A stretch of DNA of 63,914 nt, counting the filler, from Cercozoa sp. M6MM (lineage: Eukaryota > Protista > Endomyxa: Ascetosporea), in assembly GCA_040357565.1 (NCBI GenBank). It is 13 parts of 13 records of this genome, joined end to end, with 100 filler letters (N's around TTAATTAATTAA, not from the genome) between each part and the next. Parts side by side here need not be neighbours in the genome. Positions count along the whole stretch, not along the records: positions 8,364 to 17,794 come from JBDODJ010000481.1; positions 17,895 to 21,685 come from JBDODJ010001309.1; positions 21,786 to 36,534 come from JBDODJ010000323.1; 10 more parts are not named here. The stretch is one strand, 5' to 3'. The position numbers and the translations under genes are program-made. Below the pieces are notes generated by a model. That model did no database searches and had not been told where the DNA came from. It saw only the letters and a program-made list of their open reading frames with translations. Shown here piece after piece: positions 15,739 to 27,585 of this stretch (its first letter is position 1; every line of letters starts with the position of its first letter).

Positions 15739-17370
15739 ATGCCAAATCTTGTCGCTATTAAGTGCGAGCCACAGCTAATCTTTGGTAAATTGACGTCCGT
15801 TTACGTAATATGTATGTGTGTCTGTAATTATATGTATGTAATTTATTTATCCTGTGTATGTTTGCATGCATGCATGCGTGTATGTATGTCTGTCTGTATG
15901 GATGTCTGTGTATGCCTGTCTAGAGGAATGCGAGGACGAAAGATGGGCCGAATATCTGCCATGGTTCTATGGGAGTGCACTTGTGCTGCACATCGTGGGC
16001 CTCGTGCCATATCTGTATTCGCTCTTCCGTGAGGTATTGTCCTTTGTTCTCTCCTCTCTCTAAATTTGAGTCCACTTTTCCTTTGGATTCTAGTACCAAA
16101 ACGATGGATTTCGCGCTTTGCTGCGAACACGAGTAGTCGACCAGATCCGATACGGAGTGATACTGTACTCGACCGCTGCCATTGTTCACCACTCGTCGCT
16201 CATCACGCAGAAGCAGCACTTTCCTGTACGTTTGCGCTTTCGAAACATGCGGATGACACCACAGTGTTTTTGAACCGCTTGAGTAGATCTGGCTGGTGCA
16301 AAGCGCAAGTAGCGTATTTGCCGTCTGCGTTGTGAGTACGCTCATGCTCATCTTGCGCTTCTGGGCTGGGTAAATTCACCTTGGGGGGGTTAACGCATTG
16401 TTCAATTCTCTGTATGAGCTGGCGTGTTTGTTAGACTCGTCCACGCCGTCAAGTCGCTCGACACAACGTCTCGCAAGCGTCTGACGGTCTTGTTTTGGCT
16501 CTTTGTTGCGATTTTGGCGCTTACATGGTACATTCCATCTAGACCGAAACGCTGGCAGTAAGTTGGTTTTGGGTGTTTCTCCTGGCAGTCTGGTAACGGA
16601 CGTGGTGTCCTTCTCGTGTCCCGAGTGCCGCTACACGGCCATGCGATTAAAGCACGGACTGTGCGGCGTTGCTTGTGGCTCTGTCGCTCTGGGCTACTTC
16701 CTCGTAAATTCTTTGCCTTTGTTTTGGGTCTTGTTTTAAAACAAATTACGCTGTTATATGAGCAGTTCGCACGCCGTATCATGAGTGACGTTCGCTCTTT
16801 CTCGATGCCGGTTTCGCGCATGAGCTCTCAGTACACGGCGGACAGCACGGTGGCTGGCAGTGTCGTCAGCGGTACCAAGTCGGCAGCTACGTAAGCAACT
16901 TCTTTTAGCTCGGGGTGGCAGAAGTTTAGAATGAGTGCATGTTTTGTTTCTGCAGGAGTGAAAAGGAGTACAAACTTCAGGTGATTCAGCGCGTTTTCTA
17001 CGCAATCGGTCTATGGTGGCCGTCGTGCATGCTTGGTACCTCGCTTTGTTGCCTTCTTACTTGTGGAAGCGTTCGCCATTGTTCAGCTTGCTCGGCGTCG
17101 GGTTGGATGATCCCCTGGCTCAACAAATCACCGATCTGGTTCATGCTCGTGTTTGGCAGCGTGCAACTCGGCGGCTTTCTTGCTGTACTAGCTTTTTTCG
17201 TGTGTCTACATACAGGACGCTGAAATGAAGTTCTGCATGTCGTGTGTGTTGTAAAGGGCTTCTTCATCTACCCACTCGTGCACCGATCGCGAGGACGTCG
17301 CACGGGCTACACGACCTCAGCTACAGGTATTCAAGCTGCGGAGGTTGACAGTTCAATAAACTTGAGTTGA
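15739..17370 (+). CDS. Putative seven-transmembrane (GPCR-like / THH1-TOM1-like) protein
   Basis: Spliced model gives about 7 hydrophobic segments (WFYGSALVLHIVGLVPYLYSLF; YGVILYSTAAIV; SSVFAVCVVSTLMLILRFW; LTVLFWLFVAILALTW; GLCGVACGSVALGYFL; VFYAIGLWWPSCMLG; IWFMLVFGSVQLGGFLAVLAFF) and a Ser-rich loop between TM5 and TM6. Confidence 0.5.
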
Positions 17371-17894
17371 TCTGGCAGGAACTCGCACTCGGGGAAGCAC
17401 GCAAAAGAGCGTTGCTGGAGTACCTTCAATTTGCTCATTAATTCTAAGTTATGTGGTATTCTTGTGGTGCAGGATACCCACGTGTCACGTACTCGCACGC
17501 AAAACACCTCCACTGGCAGTTTCGCCGAGCAAGACCGTGAGGTTGAACTGCAAGAACAGGAACATGTGATGCCGTAGCTCGATTTGCCTCACTGTACCGT
17601 ACGCGGTGACTCTCGAAATGTTCCACCATCATCGCATCCATCTCAACACGACAACGTAACTTGGCTCGCATCCCGGGCATTCGGGCGCGCAACGCGCGCA
17701 CCCTGCCTATCGTATTATTTATGTGTTACGGTAAATTTATAAACCAGGGTTAATGGCGGATCTGTTTCCTGCAGAAACCGAGCCAAAACTGTAANNNNNN
17801 NNNNNNNNNNNNNNNNNNNNNNNNNNNNNNNNNNNNNNTTAATTAATTAANNNNNNNNNNNNNNNNNNNNNNNNNNNNNNNNNNNNNNNNNNNN

Positions 17895-18395
17895 CCCTTT
17901 TATCCCCTCCCTTTACCCCCTTACTTTCCTTACCCCCCCATTTACACCCCTACCTCACACCACGCCTTCTGCGCACTCTCCAGCGTCGGTAACTGCGACA
18001 GGTTGACTGCCTCCTGTAGTCACATACTTGGACATACTTGGACACATGTACACATGGACAGACACATGTACACATGAACGTACCTGAGTCAGCATGAGTT
18101 TGCGCACTTGCTCGCGCGTATCTTGTGAGTTAAACTACAAGCCTCCCAAGGATGGGTACAACTAACAACAGACGGGGGGGGGGGGGGGGCCGGGGGGTTA
18201 CCTTGACAAACAAGTGTTCCATGTCCTCGTGGTGCAAGAGTGCCGGCTCGTCGCCATCCCTACAGACAAGTATATACTTTTAGATATAGGGGCATGGGGT
18301 ATGGGGGTAGTGGGTAAGTACTCGACCGGTCGCTCGCTGAATAGAAGTTCCAGCGCGAGGTTTTGCGCCTCCTGTGTGTGTGTGTGTGCGTGTAC

Positions 18396-18426
<31 letters not shown>

Positions 18427-19950
18427 GGGGTAAGAGGGATAAAGAAAGAGGTATGAGGCAAGCAAGCAAACCATAGAGCGCCGGTGCACAGCGCGAAGTT
18501 TCGCCAGTTCGAAACGTCGCACCTAGGGTGTGGGGGGGGGGGGGGTAAAGGGGAGGGGTAAAAGCCCAACGAGTAATATACCACATTGACACCGACACTT
18601 GTGAAGGACTGGAAGTACAGTCGCTTGTCTAAAATCAAGGGTAGGGGATGGGGAATGGGGGGGGGGGGATATCAAGGAAGTCTACCAGTGAGCATGAGAA
18701 GACCGCGTTCCTCCACGAGAGGAGAAACGCGCGACACGTGCAGTGCCTGAACAAACAAGTGCGTCCACACACAAAGGTACTCAGAGGGTCAGGGTCACAG
18801 GTGCCTACCGACGGAAACAGTGGTTTCTCGCGGAAGTCTACGAGACAGAGATAATGGGCAGGAGGTGGGGGGGGGGGGGGGNNNNNNNNNNNNNNNNNNN
18901 NNNNNNNNNNNNNNNNNNNNNNNNNNNNNNNNNNNNNNNNNNNNNNNNNNNNNNNNNNNNNNNNNNNNNNNNNNNNNNNNNTACACACATACACATACAC
19001 ACATACACATACACACATACACATACACACATACACATACACACATACACATACACACATACACATACACACACACAAACGCACCAGCTTTCGCAGGGCA
19101 AGTCGGCGTTTCTTTCCATGTCTGTTGAAGGGGTTAAAGGGGGACAATGGGGTAAAGGGGGACTAGGGGGTAAAGGGGGACAAGGGTAAAGGCACAAGCT
19201 GGTGAGTTCGTGCAGTTCGAGCAGCTGCTCCAGCACAGCGCCCAGATCAGCGAACGGCAGTCGGATCAGCAGCGTCTGCTTCTGCTGCATCTCCTCATAC
19301 GGATGGTCGCGCCCGTTTCGCTTCATCTTGAGCGACTGCGACGTCTCCAGTCTCTGAGGGGAGGCAACAGGGAGTAAGAGGAAAAAAGGGAGTGGGGAAA
19401 GGGGGTAAAAGAGGGGGCAAAAGGGCGACAAACCAGGAACTCCTGAATGCCGTCCTTGACAGCCACGTGGAACGGACGCAGCGACGTGCTGCCGAACGCG
19501 AAACGTTCGATCGGCGCGCGCGTGTCGTTCGACGGTTCAAAGACTGTCCGAGCAACAGCAACACAAGACATCAGCAGCAACAACACCGACACCTAGACTA
19601 CACAGGTACACAATGACGCCGATCCTATCTTGAGCCGGCCCTGCCAAATACACAGCCAAGTACACAAACACCATCCACATATACTGCGCGGGGGGGGGGG
19701 GGGGATATAGTCTACCTCATGCCGACGCAGTCGCGGCAAGTGCTGCTGCGCGAAAGCATGAGCGTCCTGAAGTGACACTTCTGGAGGCACGCGGACCAGC
19801 TCGGCACCATAGTCCTGCCAGCAAGCACTCTGAGTTTCGACATTATGGCCAGTTGGATCAAGTCCGAATCACCCCAAAGTAGTACTCGCCTTCCTCCAGC
19901 AGCAGCAACGAAAACCGCGTGGCAGTTTTTCCGCGCACACTGCGGTACAT
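17895..19950 (-). CDS. NSMAF: FAN/NSMAF-like protein (GRAM and PH region upstream of BEACH), 3'-truncated
   Basis: N-terminal TRFSLLLLEEGEYYFG and GRLKIGSASLFFEP resemble the FAN N-terminus; LILDKRLYFQSF and LALELLF resemble BEACH-type PH motifs. Confidence 0.75.
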
Positions 19951-20226
19951 CGCGCACTCTCGACTGGCGCGGCCCGTGTTCCGTCCGCGAGGAGGCCAAA
20001 GTTGCGATGATGCACGAGCAGCACGAACTTTGTGTCAAACACTGCAATTTTACGATCTAGCACGTCTCACCACAGCAGTAAGCAGCAGCAACACACGCCT
20101 GCGTAGAACGATGTGCTTATCCAACATTGTCTCATCTTGGATGGAACGCTGGCTACTCCGAAAAATTCAAAAAATTCTCGAACCCTGAAAAGCGCCCGAA
20201 AAACTTTCCTCGGCTAATTTGACAAC

Positions 20227-20806
20227 ATGGGTACGTTGAACCGCTTGACTCGCGTGAGACTAGAGCTCTACGCTGTCTTTTGCGCGTTGCTGTGCTTTTT
20301 CGTTCCCTTGAGTTGGCTCTGCTCTGCTGCGTGTGTGCTGGTGTTGTCTCGTTGAACGGGAGTCTAATGCGTCGACTCCTGCGTCTGCTGGGGAAATGCG
20401 AGAATTGGCGATAGACATCTGTCGAAACAGCACCTGCTACATATGCACAGCAGCAGAGTTTGAGACAACATGTTATGCGGATTTGTGTTCCGTTGTGTTT
20501 GGGATTTTCGTTGTTTTCTGCGTGTTTGTGGGGTTTGCATTTTCTTTCACCTGTGTGCAGGTAAGGTTCACGGTTCGCTGTCCCGCGCCGGTAAGGTGCG
20601 CTCGCAGACGCCCAAGCAGGAGAAGACGGAGAAGCCGCGCAAGGTCACTGGCCGTGCCCGCAAGCGTGCCGTCTTCAACCGTCGCTACGACGAGATCCAG
20701 CACGACAAGCGCGTGCAGCCCAACCGCCAGTCAGTTTTCTTTTCCTCCTTGTTTGTTTGTGAGTTGAGTTTATTCGCCGTTTTTAATGCACAGGAAGAAG
20801 GACTAA
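20227..20806 (+). CDS. RPS30: 40S ribosomal protein eS30 (no ubiquitin-like fusion)
   Basis: ATG G|intron 20231-20560|[47 protein letters not shown]|KKD*. Confidence 0.97.
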
Positions 20807-21044
20807 GTTCAATCTTCAGCGGAACTAGTGCGTTCGACGAGTCTTTTCGTATGCCACTGCAGTAGTGTGCGAAGTTAGTTGTGGAAATCAGACATTTACC
20901 CAACCAGCGAAGCTAAGTCCATCTCATACGGTGGTGGTCAGAAACCGACGTTAAATTTAGTCGCCACGATTTGGAACTGGCCTGTCAGTTCTTCAATGGT
21001 TTTCGTGACAATTTAAACTAATTTTATGATCAATAGACGAACGC

Positions 21045-21582
21045 TTAGTCGGAGTGAATTGCTGGTGACATGCGCACGCGCACACGCCGCACGAACGAGG
21101 TATGGTCGCTGACACCAGCCGACACAAGGACGTCACAGCCGCCGCCAGTCTTCAACATTGACAGAGTGCAGCGGAACTGGCGTTGGCCGCGCGTACCCTG
21201 TAGACGACACGACACGTGCACATCACACACGAAGGCGCACAACAAAGACAGGGGTCTACCGGAAGCACAGAGGGGTGGTCGGCCCACATGAGGCCACTCA
21301 CGAACGTGAACTGCTCGGTGCTGCGTACGGTGGGCGACTTGGCCTCGAGCGGGTGCATGGTGCCGGCCACGTCAAAGTCGTCGGCCGTATCGGCCAAGTC
21401 GGCGCACGCAATGCCGTCGCCGCGCTTCTCCAGCAGCACGAATGAGTTCAAGTAGCGCCTGCCCGGAACTGAGCTGCCCTTGGCGACGCGGTGCACGACG
21501 CCGAGCCACATTGCGACGCGGCCGCTCTCGTCGTACACAGGCAGGAACTGCGAGCTGCCGCGGAACGACGTGATCTCCACGC
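21045..21582 (-). CDS. C-terminal part of a five-bladed beta-propeller glycoside-hydrolase-like protein
   Basis: FRGSSQFLP..WLGVVH..RRYLNSFVLL..FTFVSGL..VLVSAGVSD pattern recalls GH43/GH130-like propeller blades; 5'-truncated. Confidence 0.5.
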
Positions 21583-21649
21583 CTGTACACACACACACAC
21601 ACATGCCACATATACAACAGCACTGTGCGTGTGTGTGCGTGTGTGTGTG

Positions 21650-21685
<36 letters not shown>

Positions 21686-21817
21686 NNNNNNNNNNNNNNN
21701 NNNNNNNNNNNNNNNNNNNNNNNNNNNNNTTAATTAATTAANNNNNNNNNNNNNNNNNNNNNNNNNNNNNNNNNNNNNNNNNNNNAAGGTACCGGCAGCA
21801 CAAGTGGTTTCGTTTGG

Positions 21818-21820
<3 letters not shown>

Positions 21821-21910
<90 letters not shown>
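21821..21910. repeat. (TG)n microsatellite; similar long CA/TG tracts at about 27222-27313, 27458-27580, 50407-50620 and 59968-60184
   Basis: Direct inspection. Confidence 0.95.
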
Positions 21911-21912
<2 letters not shown>

Positions 21913-22447
21913 CAATTTTGGTATTTACGCGCAGTCGAACCTTGTTCTGCGTCGTAGTTATTGATTGAGGTTAAATCCTGACACAGTGCATGCACGCACA
22001 CACCTGGCTCCTCCGCATGCACAACAGTTTTACACAGAGCACCGTGTACCCGCGTAAGTGATATCATTGGTACGGCTTACGCGGTGTATGTGCACAGCGC
22101 GTTTGCGTTTAGTGCGTCCAAGAAAGACTGTATGTCCAGGGTACTGTGTATCGAAACTTTATCTTGTAGTCTGAGGACAGAGCGACGTTGTGTCGATGTG
22201 AGTTTCAACTTGCTTTTATCCATTCTGCGACATAAACACGGGGTCGCCAATAGTACATGACAAGATTGGAAGACAGTCGCTGGCGAAAATTCCCGCGTAG
22301 CTTAGGAGAGTTCCGGTGCAGTGTAGAGCAGAGAAAAACCCCTCAACACACGCCTACACTGGTTAGAGTGTGCGAATAGTTCAGGCCGTTTTGTTTCGTC
22401 GGTCGTTTGGTTTTGCGCGTTGCTTGGCCGCTTGGCAACGGAGTCAG

Positions 22448-25229
22448 ATGTCGTCGCCGCCGTCTCTGTTCCCGCAAGGTACACTCAGGACATATCTCAA
22501 GTTGATCCTTTCATTTTGGGTTGTAGGTTTTATGAAACCGCGCGGAAAGAAGGGTTTCGAGTCACGCTTTCTGTTTGTTGCGAATGCCGCCCAGTCAGGC
22601 CAGCAGCTCGCTGAGAAGGCAGACGTTCTCCAGTCGGTGCTGTTACTTAATTTACTATTGTTTTGGTGTCTGAGTTAACTTGTGTGCGCACTGTAGCTTT
22701 TTGGTGCTTTCACGGAGCACCCTGAGTCGCCAGTGGACTTGTGCTTTGTGGGCAACAAGCCCTTTGTCAATGTCGTGCTTGAGTCGGTTAGTTTCTGCAG
22801 TTTTTCCATTCGATTGACTGATTGATGCGTTTTGCATGTTGTTGTTCTAGGTCGAAGAAGCACGCCGGGCAAAGAAGGCGCTGCACGGCGTGCCGTGCGA
22901 CCAGCTGGAGGGCAGGCGACTGCACATCGAGTTCACCGAGCCGCGACCCGAGCCGCGCGAGAAACTCGTCAAAGTGCAGTGCGTCTCGGCCACGGCGGAC
23001 GTTCCTCTGCCGCCCGGTCTCTTTGTGATCCGCGACTTTATCTCGCGCGCACAGGAACAGAAAATCCTCGCCGAACTCGATCGCGACGATGACCTATGGA
23101 CTCCTCTGCCTGTACCTTCTTGTTTTCGCTTTGTTTTGCTTTGTTTCGCTTTGTTTCCCTTTGTTTTTTATTTGTTTTGCGTTGTTTCGCTTTGTTTCGC
23201 TTTGTTTTTTTATTTGTTTTGCTTTTCTTCACTTTGTTTCGCTTTGTTTCGCTTATTCCGCCTGGCTTTGTCGTGAGCAGTCGGGCGACCGGCGAATCCA
23301 GCAGTTTGGCGTGCCGTTCGACTTTGCCGAGAAGCGTTTGTTGTGGGAGCAAGCAGACGAAGCACTTCGACAAAGTGGCACAGAGTGGCAGTCGCAACTC
23401 GACGAGGAGGAACCGAAAGTGCCGCTTCCCGAGTTCTGTCGCGACGTGCTGGCACAGGCAAAGACGACGACCGAGTTGCCGGAGCAAGTGTCAGAGAGAC
23501 TGCAGTGCTTGAACCACTTCCTGGCCAACGAGTACCTGCCGGGTCAGGGTATTCGACCACACGTGGACCTGCATGCCATGTTCGGCGATGTGCTGTGCGC
23601 ACTGTCGCTGCGTTCGCCGGCCGCCATGCTGTGGCGCAACCCTCGCACCGGTGTCAAGAAGTACATCTGGCTGCCTCCTCGCACACTGTGCGTCTTCACG
23701 GGCGAGGCACGCTACCTGTGGCACCACGGTATTCCGCTTCGCAAGAGCGACCGCGTGGACGGCGAGATCGTTCCACGCGCACGTCGCGTCGCTCTCACCA
23801 TGCGCATCGCCAAGCGCACGCTCGGCTGTCGGTGCGACTACGCTTGCCAGTGCGACTACCGCAAGCTGCTGGCCGCGCAGGTTGCGCAGGCTGACGAGGA
23901 GGGTACTTTTGCCTTTCTTTCGATTTTCGCGATGCTTTGAGTTGCGACGCTTTCAATTGCCATGTTTTGAGTTTCGACGTTTTGGGTTGCGACGTTTTGA
24001 GTGTGTGTGGCTATGCAGAGCAGCGAAAGCAGGAGCAGGCGATGCTGCACTCGGGCGAGATCGACACGGAGCAGTTGGCGGCGGTTGCGCCGACTCAACG
24101 CGAGCTTGAGCACGTGCACGCCGTCTACGAGGACATTGCGTCGCACTTCTCGCACACGCGGCATCAGGGTAGTCACTTTGTACCTGTGTTCTGGGGGGAG
24201 GTAAACCTTCATGTGTAAGTGTAGCCTGGCCGCGAGTGCGTCGTTTTGTGGAAGCTCTGCCGAAGGGCACACTGGCTTTGGATGTCGGCAGTGGCAACGG
24301 CAAGTACCTGAACCACATTCCGGATGGCGCTGTCGCTATCGGCTGCGATCGCTCGTCAAAACTGATCGAAATCTCGCATCAGCGCGGACACCAGGCACTC
24401 GTGTGCGATGCACTCACTTTGCCCTTTGCTGACAACTCCTTCGACACCGTGTTCTGTATCGCTGTGCTGCACCATCTGGTATGTGCTATGCTTTTTAATT
24501 AAGTTGCTTTGAGTTGAGTTGCTTTGAGTTGAGTTGCTTTGAGTTGAGTTGCTTTGAGTTGAGTTGAGTTGACTCCATTTGACTTGAGCTTTGAGTAAAC
24601 TCTAAGCGCAGGACTCGCTGCTGCACCGCGTGAGGACACTGCGCGAGCTGTACCGCGTGGCCAAGCCGGGCGCGCCGATCCTGGTGCATGCGTGGGCCAA
24701 GCAGCAGAAGGCCGACGCCAAGCGCGCCGATCACTTCACGAGTGCAGAGTCGCAGGACGTGCTGGTGCCCTGGCGTGTGCAGCAGCACTTTGCCTCCGAG
24801 ATGCTCAAGGAGGACGCTCCGAAACTGCACACGGCACATGCTACGCCTTCGCATGCACGCAACGAAGTCGAGGTGCTTTCCGCCTGACCTTTCACGCATA
24901 CTCCCTGTGTTACTGTTGATGTTGATGCTGGCGGTACGCAGTTTTTGAGGTACTGCCACCTGTACGAGGAAGGCGAGCTGCAGGAGCTGTGGCGACTCGC
25001 CGTTGGCAGCGACCTGGCGCCTGTGCTGGCTGCACATTTCGACGAGGGCAACTACTCCGTCATTGTGCGCAAGATGGTAGCACCACACCCGCCCCTCCTG
25101 ACAGACAACATCTACCTGCCCACTGTGTGCCAACAGGAGGGACTCAACGAAGCTGAGCAACGCGACACGTCAACGATGACACACACGGATTTCTCCTTCT
25201 TGGACGACTCGGGCTCAACCGAAGGTTAA
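22448..25229 (+). CDS. ALKBH8: ALKBH8 tRNA wobble-uridine methyltransferase/hydroxylase (RRM, 2OG-Fe(II), Cys cluster, Trm9-like SAM MTase)
   Basis: FLFVAN (RRM); NEYLPGQGIRPHVD, LSL, PPRTLCVFTGEARYLWHHGI, RVALTMR; CRCDYACQCD; EHVHAVYEDIASHFSHTR, LDVGSGNGKY, IAVLHHL, QDVLVPW, RYCHLYEEGEL. Confidence 0.95.
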
Positions 25230-25429
25230 CGACGCGATGCCGACTGTCGTTTTGACTCGCCGCCGCTCGACTTTTATTTCGTTTCCCCCGCCCACTACGC
25301 TTCCGTTCAGTCACGTCGGTGGCTGACCGTGACACAACAGTGCTAGCACCGGCCTCGGCCACCCGACAGTACTCCAGCGCAGTCCGCTCGGTTGGCTTCG
25401 AACGGAATTCGTGCTTAGTTAACGGTCCG

Positions 25430-26689
25430 TTAACGAAATCCCACCGTGACGCCAAATAGATCTAACAAACAACTAGCCACAGCACCGTTGTTGCGTGATT
25501 GCAGTGTCTCGAGCTGCCGAATAACATAGTCATGAAGTTCGTTCAGGCCTGTCGTCAATCCTTTAAACTCTAATGCAATGGCGTCGTTAACTTGTCTCTG
25601 CAACTCGATTCAAACTCAAAACATGCAACTCGATTCAAAGTAAATTTACAGCTGTCGTGAGAGTTGGATCTTGCTGATGCTTCTCGAACGACTCTTCGAC
25701 GCCTTCCTTTGCTTGCTTAAGAGCTATAAAGCGATCCCACATGTCTTGTATGGCTGCTTCTCGATGCTCAGCGACGGAGCGCTGCTCATGGAAGTGACAC
25801 GTTAGTAACTACGCGCCATTTCAGTTTAGAAACTTTAATTTAGTTTACCTCCGTGGTTGACGGTAGATGGCGGAGTGTGTCCAACAAGGACTGTTCAAGG
25901 TCGTAGATCTCAGCATCAAAGCGACGGCAAGGTCGTCGCAACATTTCTTCCACCTTGCACAGCAAATCGAAAAAATCGGGTTTAAGTATCGGTGTAAAAT
26001 GAAGTGAAGGTACATTCAGTGGCGGCACTCCTTCAATCGTCCCAAAAAGACCGTCAGAAGGTAGTTGTTGGGCGGTCAACGAGCCTTGCGGGAAGGCTGA
26101 GTTGACAACAGCAGCTGCGTATACCTCTGCGTCAGAGCGGTCGACGTCGCGGTAGGCACAAGAAGCACCGTTCAAGACATTTTGCACCTCTTGTAGCTGC
26201 AAGAAATTTTTGTGCAATTTTAAAATCACACTTGACCCGCACCAGCACAACGAACGACAATACCACTGAGCTGAAGTTCGCGTTCGCTTGAATTGCTTGT
26301 TCCAGTGCATTTCTGCATTCAATATCCGGCAACTGCGAGTACACGTTAAATCGCAACAAGACATCGCGCTGTCGCGTGCGAAACTCATCTTGCGCTGCTT
26401 GGGATTGAGCGGCCAAAGTGGTGTGCTCTTTTTGCATAGCCTTCAATTCGGCGTCCGAGAAGAGAGCCGCAAGTCCTGGGGAAACAACCAATTAATTTAA
26501 ATGTCCGTCACAGTTTTAACTTTATCGATATTGTACCAGTACGAGGTGCACTTGCTGCAACTCCTAGGTTTCACACACGTGCTTAAAGTAGTAGTGCCAA
26601 ATCAATCGCTAGCTTACACGAAAATTACCTGCGACCGAGAGGGTTTGACAGATTACCGACAAAGTTATCGATACCAGAGCAATTTTCAT
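25430..26689 (-). CDS. Hypothetical secreted alpha-helical protein
   Basis: Signal-like MKIALVSITLSVICQTLSVA at 26689; further exons joinable through GT-AG introns; 3' end approximate. Confidence 0.45.
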
Positions 26690-27156
26690 TGTCAGCTGTC
26701 GAAACTGGGTAATTCTAATCACGAATGTACTGCACTGTAAAGGCGAATAGATTTTAGCCACTACCACTGGCAAAACTATCACTTTTGACGCGTACCCGTC
26801 GCTTGCAGAAGGTGGAAAGATCGGACTTTCGCTGACTCGGAGCTACTGTATCACATTTTTAAATCGGATCCGTCACTGACTGCTGCAGTTCGATCAGTCG
26901 TTCGATAGTGGGAGAGGATGCCATGGTCATGTTTGTTTGTAAATACCCACTAACGGACTACTGTAACTAACCAAACAAATTACACGCGACGGAAATTAAA
27001 GTCAAGTACCGTCACTGAACTCAACGAACGGAACGCAAGGCCGCCGCGCCAAGCGGCCGGGATAAAACTGAACTCGACTGTCTCCGATCATTGGCAGAGT
27101 AGGTATTGTATCGTGTTTTGATTCGTCATGAACGGCAGCTCGGCTCGCTGCTCGCA

Positions 27157-27239
27157 CTAACCGAGCGGAGTGACCTGAGTGCGCATAAGGTACCGGCAGC
27201 ACAAGTGGTTTCGTTTGGTAGGTGTGTGTGTGTATGTGT

Positions 27240-27315
<76 letters not shown>

Positions 27316-27455
27316 TACCTTGAGTGACGGGTGCGAGGCCTCAATAATCAAGCGACAGCGGAAGTTGGAATTCTCTGGCAGTTGTGTTGTTCGCACCTCC
27401 TGCAGAAAACAGTGCAATACCAACAAGATTGTTCACACAGACACTCAGACACTTA

Positions 27456-27503
<48 letters not shown>

Positions 27504-27513
27504 NNNNNNNNNN

Positions 27514-27585
<72 letters not shown>

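Noticed and set aside
20352-20384. TTGAAC..TAATGC..CCTGCG resembling a TPP riboswitch; overall fold resembling the SRP S-domain
   Set aside because: No CUGAGA or CUGAU core and no SRP helix 8 motif or GNRA loops.
21786-21825. Sequence identical to about 27188-27227 in the last calpain-7 intron, suggesting an LTR or direct repeat
   Set aside because: It lies at a contig end beside a long (TG)n tract; a misjoin is the simpler explanation and no retroelement ORF lies between the copies.
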